Shown here in pieces: positions 61,989-64,000 of a DNA stretch of 64,000 nucleotides. The position numbers and the translations under genes are program-made. The first letter of the stretch is position 1; the number at the start of each line of letters is the position of its first letter. The DNA lies in the NCBI GenBank assembly GCA_010909165.1, contig MU008195.1:248001-312000 (forward strand), read 5' to 3'. The notes beneath the pieces were generated by a model. The model was not told where the DNA came from. It was given only the letters and a program-made list of their open reading frames with translations, and made no database searches. This DNA comes from Anthoceros angustus. Its lineage: Eukaryota > Plantae > Anthocerotophyta.

Positions 61989-63110
61989 CTAAACGTCTGG
62001 CGGGGTGTACTTCCGCTCATGCTCCCAGGCAATTTGAGCCATCATGTTAAGGGAAGACCTAGCATCTCTCTCATCAACCACCTCCCTGGGGAATGGTATC
62101 CTAATCTCCCTGATTTCCTGCGGGTCACGCGTCAATACCTGAAGATCAAACCCTAACCTATCCACCCATGTTATGCTTACTTGGGCCACCTCTGCCGCAA
62201 CACGAGCATAGACATTGCAGAACCGGAGGACATCTTCAAAGTGCTCCCTGTTCATGTCTTCAACAATCCTTGCTGCACATTCCCTCAGGGGATCCGCAGC
62301 AGCTTGTGCATACTCCGGCCCGGATACCCAGTTTTCCTCCTCCCCAACATCCTGAGCCTGCAGAAGCTCCTCCACATTTAGGACGAACAACTCATCACTG
62401 CTGTTGTCTGTGCCAAATCTTCTTTCCCATGCCACCTTTAGCTTAATAACATCCGAAGCATCTGCCTTACTAATCTTCCCTTTCAACGTGCATTGTGGCT
62501 TTTGCCTCCCAGGTTGCTCCAATTGCACATGGAGGCTGCACCGGCTTTCAGCCAAGACATGGCCAGTATGCAGGGCAGTCGAGGCCAGACGGAAAACAGG
62601 GTTCCCCTCAGGATCTACAGCAAAGCGCACTGCTGTGCCCAACGGCCACCCATCCTGAGACAGTGTGCACAACGTTCCTTCAGAGACGATGTCCACCACA
62701 GTCCTCGCAGCCTCAGCTGCAGAGGGTCTGAGCAGCACCGACGGCGATGTAACAGGCGGGGCCGATGGAGGTGCAGCAGCTGATGCCACCACCCGCACTC
62801 CCCTCCCAGGAGCCTGTGCACACATATGCCCACGTTATCAAACCGGCTCAGGTCAGCATCTCAGACAAAGCACAGCACACACTGATCCAAAAGCTAGCCA
62901 GCAGAAATCACCCAACAATGCGACAAAATCCACTGGAGGAAGAGAGGACATCATCAAATCGGTTCCACTGACATGTTGCAGCGGAAACACAGAGGGCGCA
63001 GCTCCTAGAGAAAGATTCAATGAAACTCTGAGACGCTGCAATGGCAAGCCCCGCTGCTGCGACACAGAGGGCAGCGCAGGCAGCTGCAAACAGCGCAGAG
63101 CAACCGCCAT
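61989..63110 (-). CDS. GBP: Glutamyl-tRNA reductase-binding protein (GluTRBP/GBP/PGR7-like), chloroplast; exons 63110-62973 and 62813-61989
   Basis: Transit-peptide-like exon 1, then GTLCTLSQDGWPLGTAVRFAVD, SLHVQLEQ..PQCT, DPLR, EDVLRFCNVY, WVDRLGFDL, IRIPFPREV..MAQIAWEHE. The intron is phase 0, GT-AG. Confidence 0.9.
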
Positions 63111-64000
63111 GGCTGGTTTCGCTCAACGGACTGACAGAAGCCAAAAGGATGGCATGATCTAGACTGGATAGAGATGCTCCTTGGTGATTAGGGCTGCCAA
63201 AAAGCCCGTTTCACACAGACGATGTGACCGCAATGGTGGTATCTGGAAGGCGCAACACGACATGAACGAAGGCAATCATGGACTGGAATGCGGACACTGT
63301 TTCGCCGGTAGCGCCAGTTTCGCCTGTTGGGTTCTTGCCAACGTGAAGCCTCAAAGTGGTTGCTGCTTCTTTCACGACCCGCCTCTCCTGCTTCTGCATT
63401 GCAGGCAGCTGGCGAAGGTTTCTCCTGGCTCACGTGATTTCATCGGAGGTCGGTGCAGTAGCATTTTTGTAGAGCTAGAGGTGCCGGAGTGCTTGATCGT
63501 GCTGAAAGCGCCTGGAAATCTTTGGTTTCTTGGAGCTCCCAAAGCGTGCTTGATCGGAGAAGTAGCTGCATTCTCTTGCGTCTATCAATTCCATGTGCTA
63601 ATTCAGATCAGCTTGGCTGCAGCTTGCTGAGGTGATCTGTAGCAGTGGCGAGGCTGCCGCTTGTTCGCCTATTGGCGTATTTCCTTCCGTTCTTGGTTGA
63701 GGGCGTGCACACAGGCGTGCAGGTTGGTGAGGTGAGATTGGAGTTCTCTTTGCAAATATGCACAGGGAGAACGCTGCCTCTGCGACGATGTTATGAGCTC
63801 AATTGTGCCGTTCTTTGCTGTTCTGTCGACTTCAAAACCTTGTATTAGTATTTGCCCGCCTGTCACCCTTCTGCTCTAGCGTTGTACTGTTCTGTTGTGT
63901 TCTCCTTGAAAAGTTTAGCCTTGGCTAACTCGTCTTGTCCTTCAGATCTGAAATGCGCTGCCAGTCCAGCGAAAGACCATAGCTACACACTTTCGTGGAA

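Noticed and set aside
35982-63110. Functional plastid/tetrapyrrole gene cluster (CRL, SEX4, GBP)
   Set aside because: The genes are interspersed with unrelated ones (KNOX2, RPS27, SHMT) and TEs, so co-location in a compact genome is a sufficient explanation.
63181-64000. Possible gene upstream of GBP
   Set aside because: Only short ORFs with multiple stops in the frames I read, no recognisable domain, and cut by the window edge.

Overview
Compact plant nuclear DNA with short GT-AG introns (mostly ~70-160 nt). A DYW:KP-type PPR gene and the intron sizes suggest a hornwort such as Anthoceros; this taxon call is inference. Bases 1-21k are repeat-derived. They hold a minus-strand CACTA/EnSpm Tnp2 transposase with unknown flanking ORFs, present as staggered, indel-rich 0.5-2 kb tandem copies that are probably partly assembly artefact, followed by a 40-bp minisatellite. 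Bases 25-35k hold a second decayed CACTA and a decayed multi-exon gene ending in a retropepsin-like domain. Recognisable host genes are CRUMPLED LEAF (CpcT/CpeT-like, 9 exons), a class II KNOX, SEX4, RPS27, an SHM6/7-like SHMT and GluTR-binding protein, plus a truncated Copia. The main finding is a chimeric gene at 21734-24787 (-). It is an inverted duplicate of CRL that keeps the promoter and exons 1-4, has lost exons 5-8, and whose last exon runs in frame into an intronless PLS-E-DYW:KP putative U-to-C RNA-editing factor that has no targeting peptide of its own.
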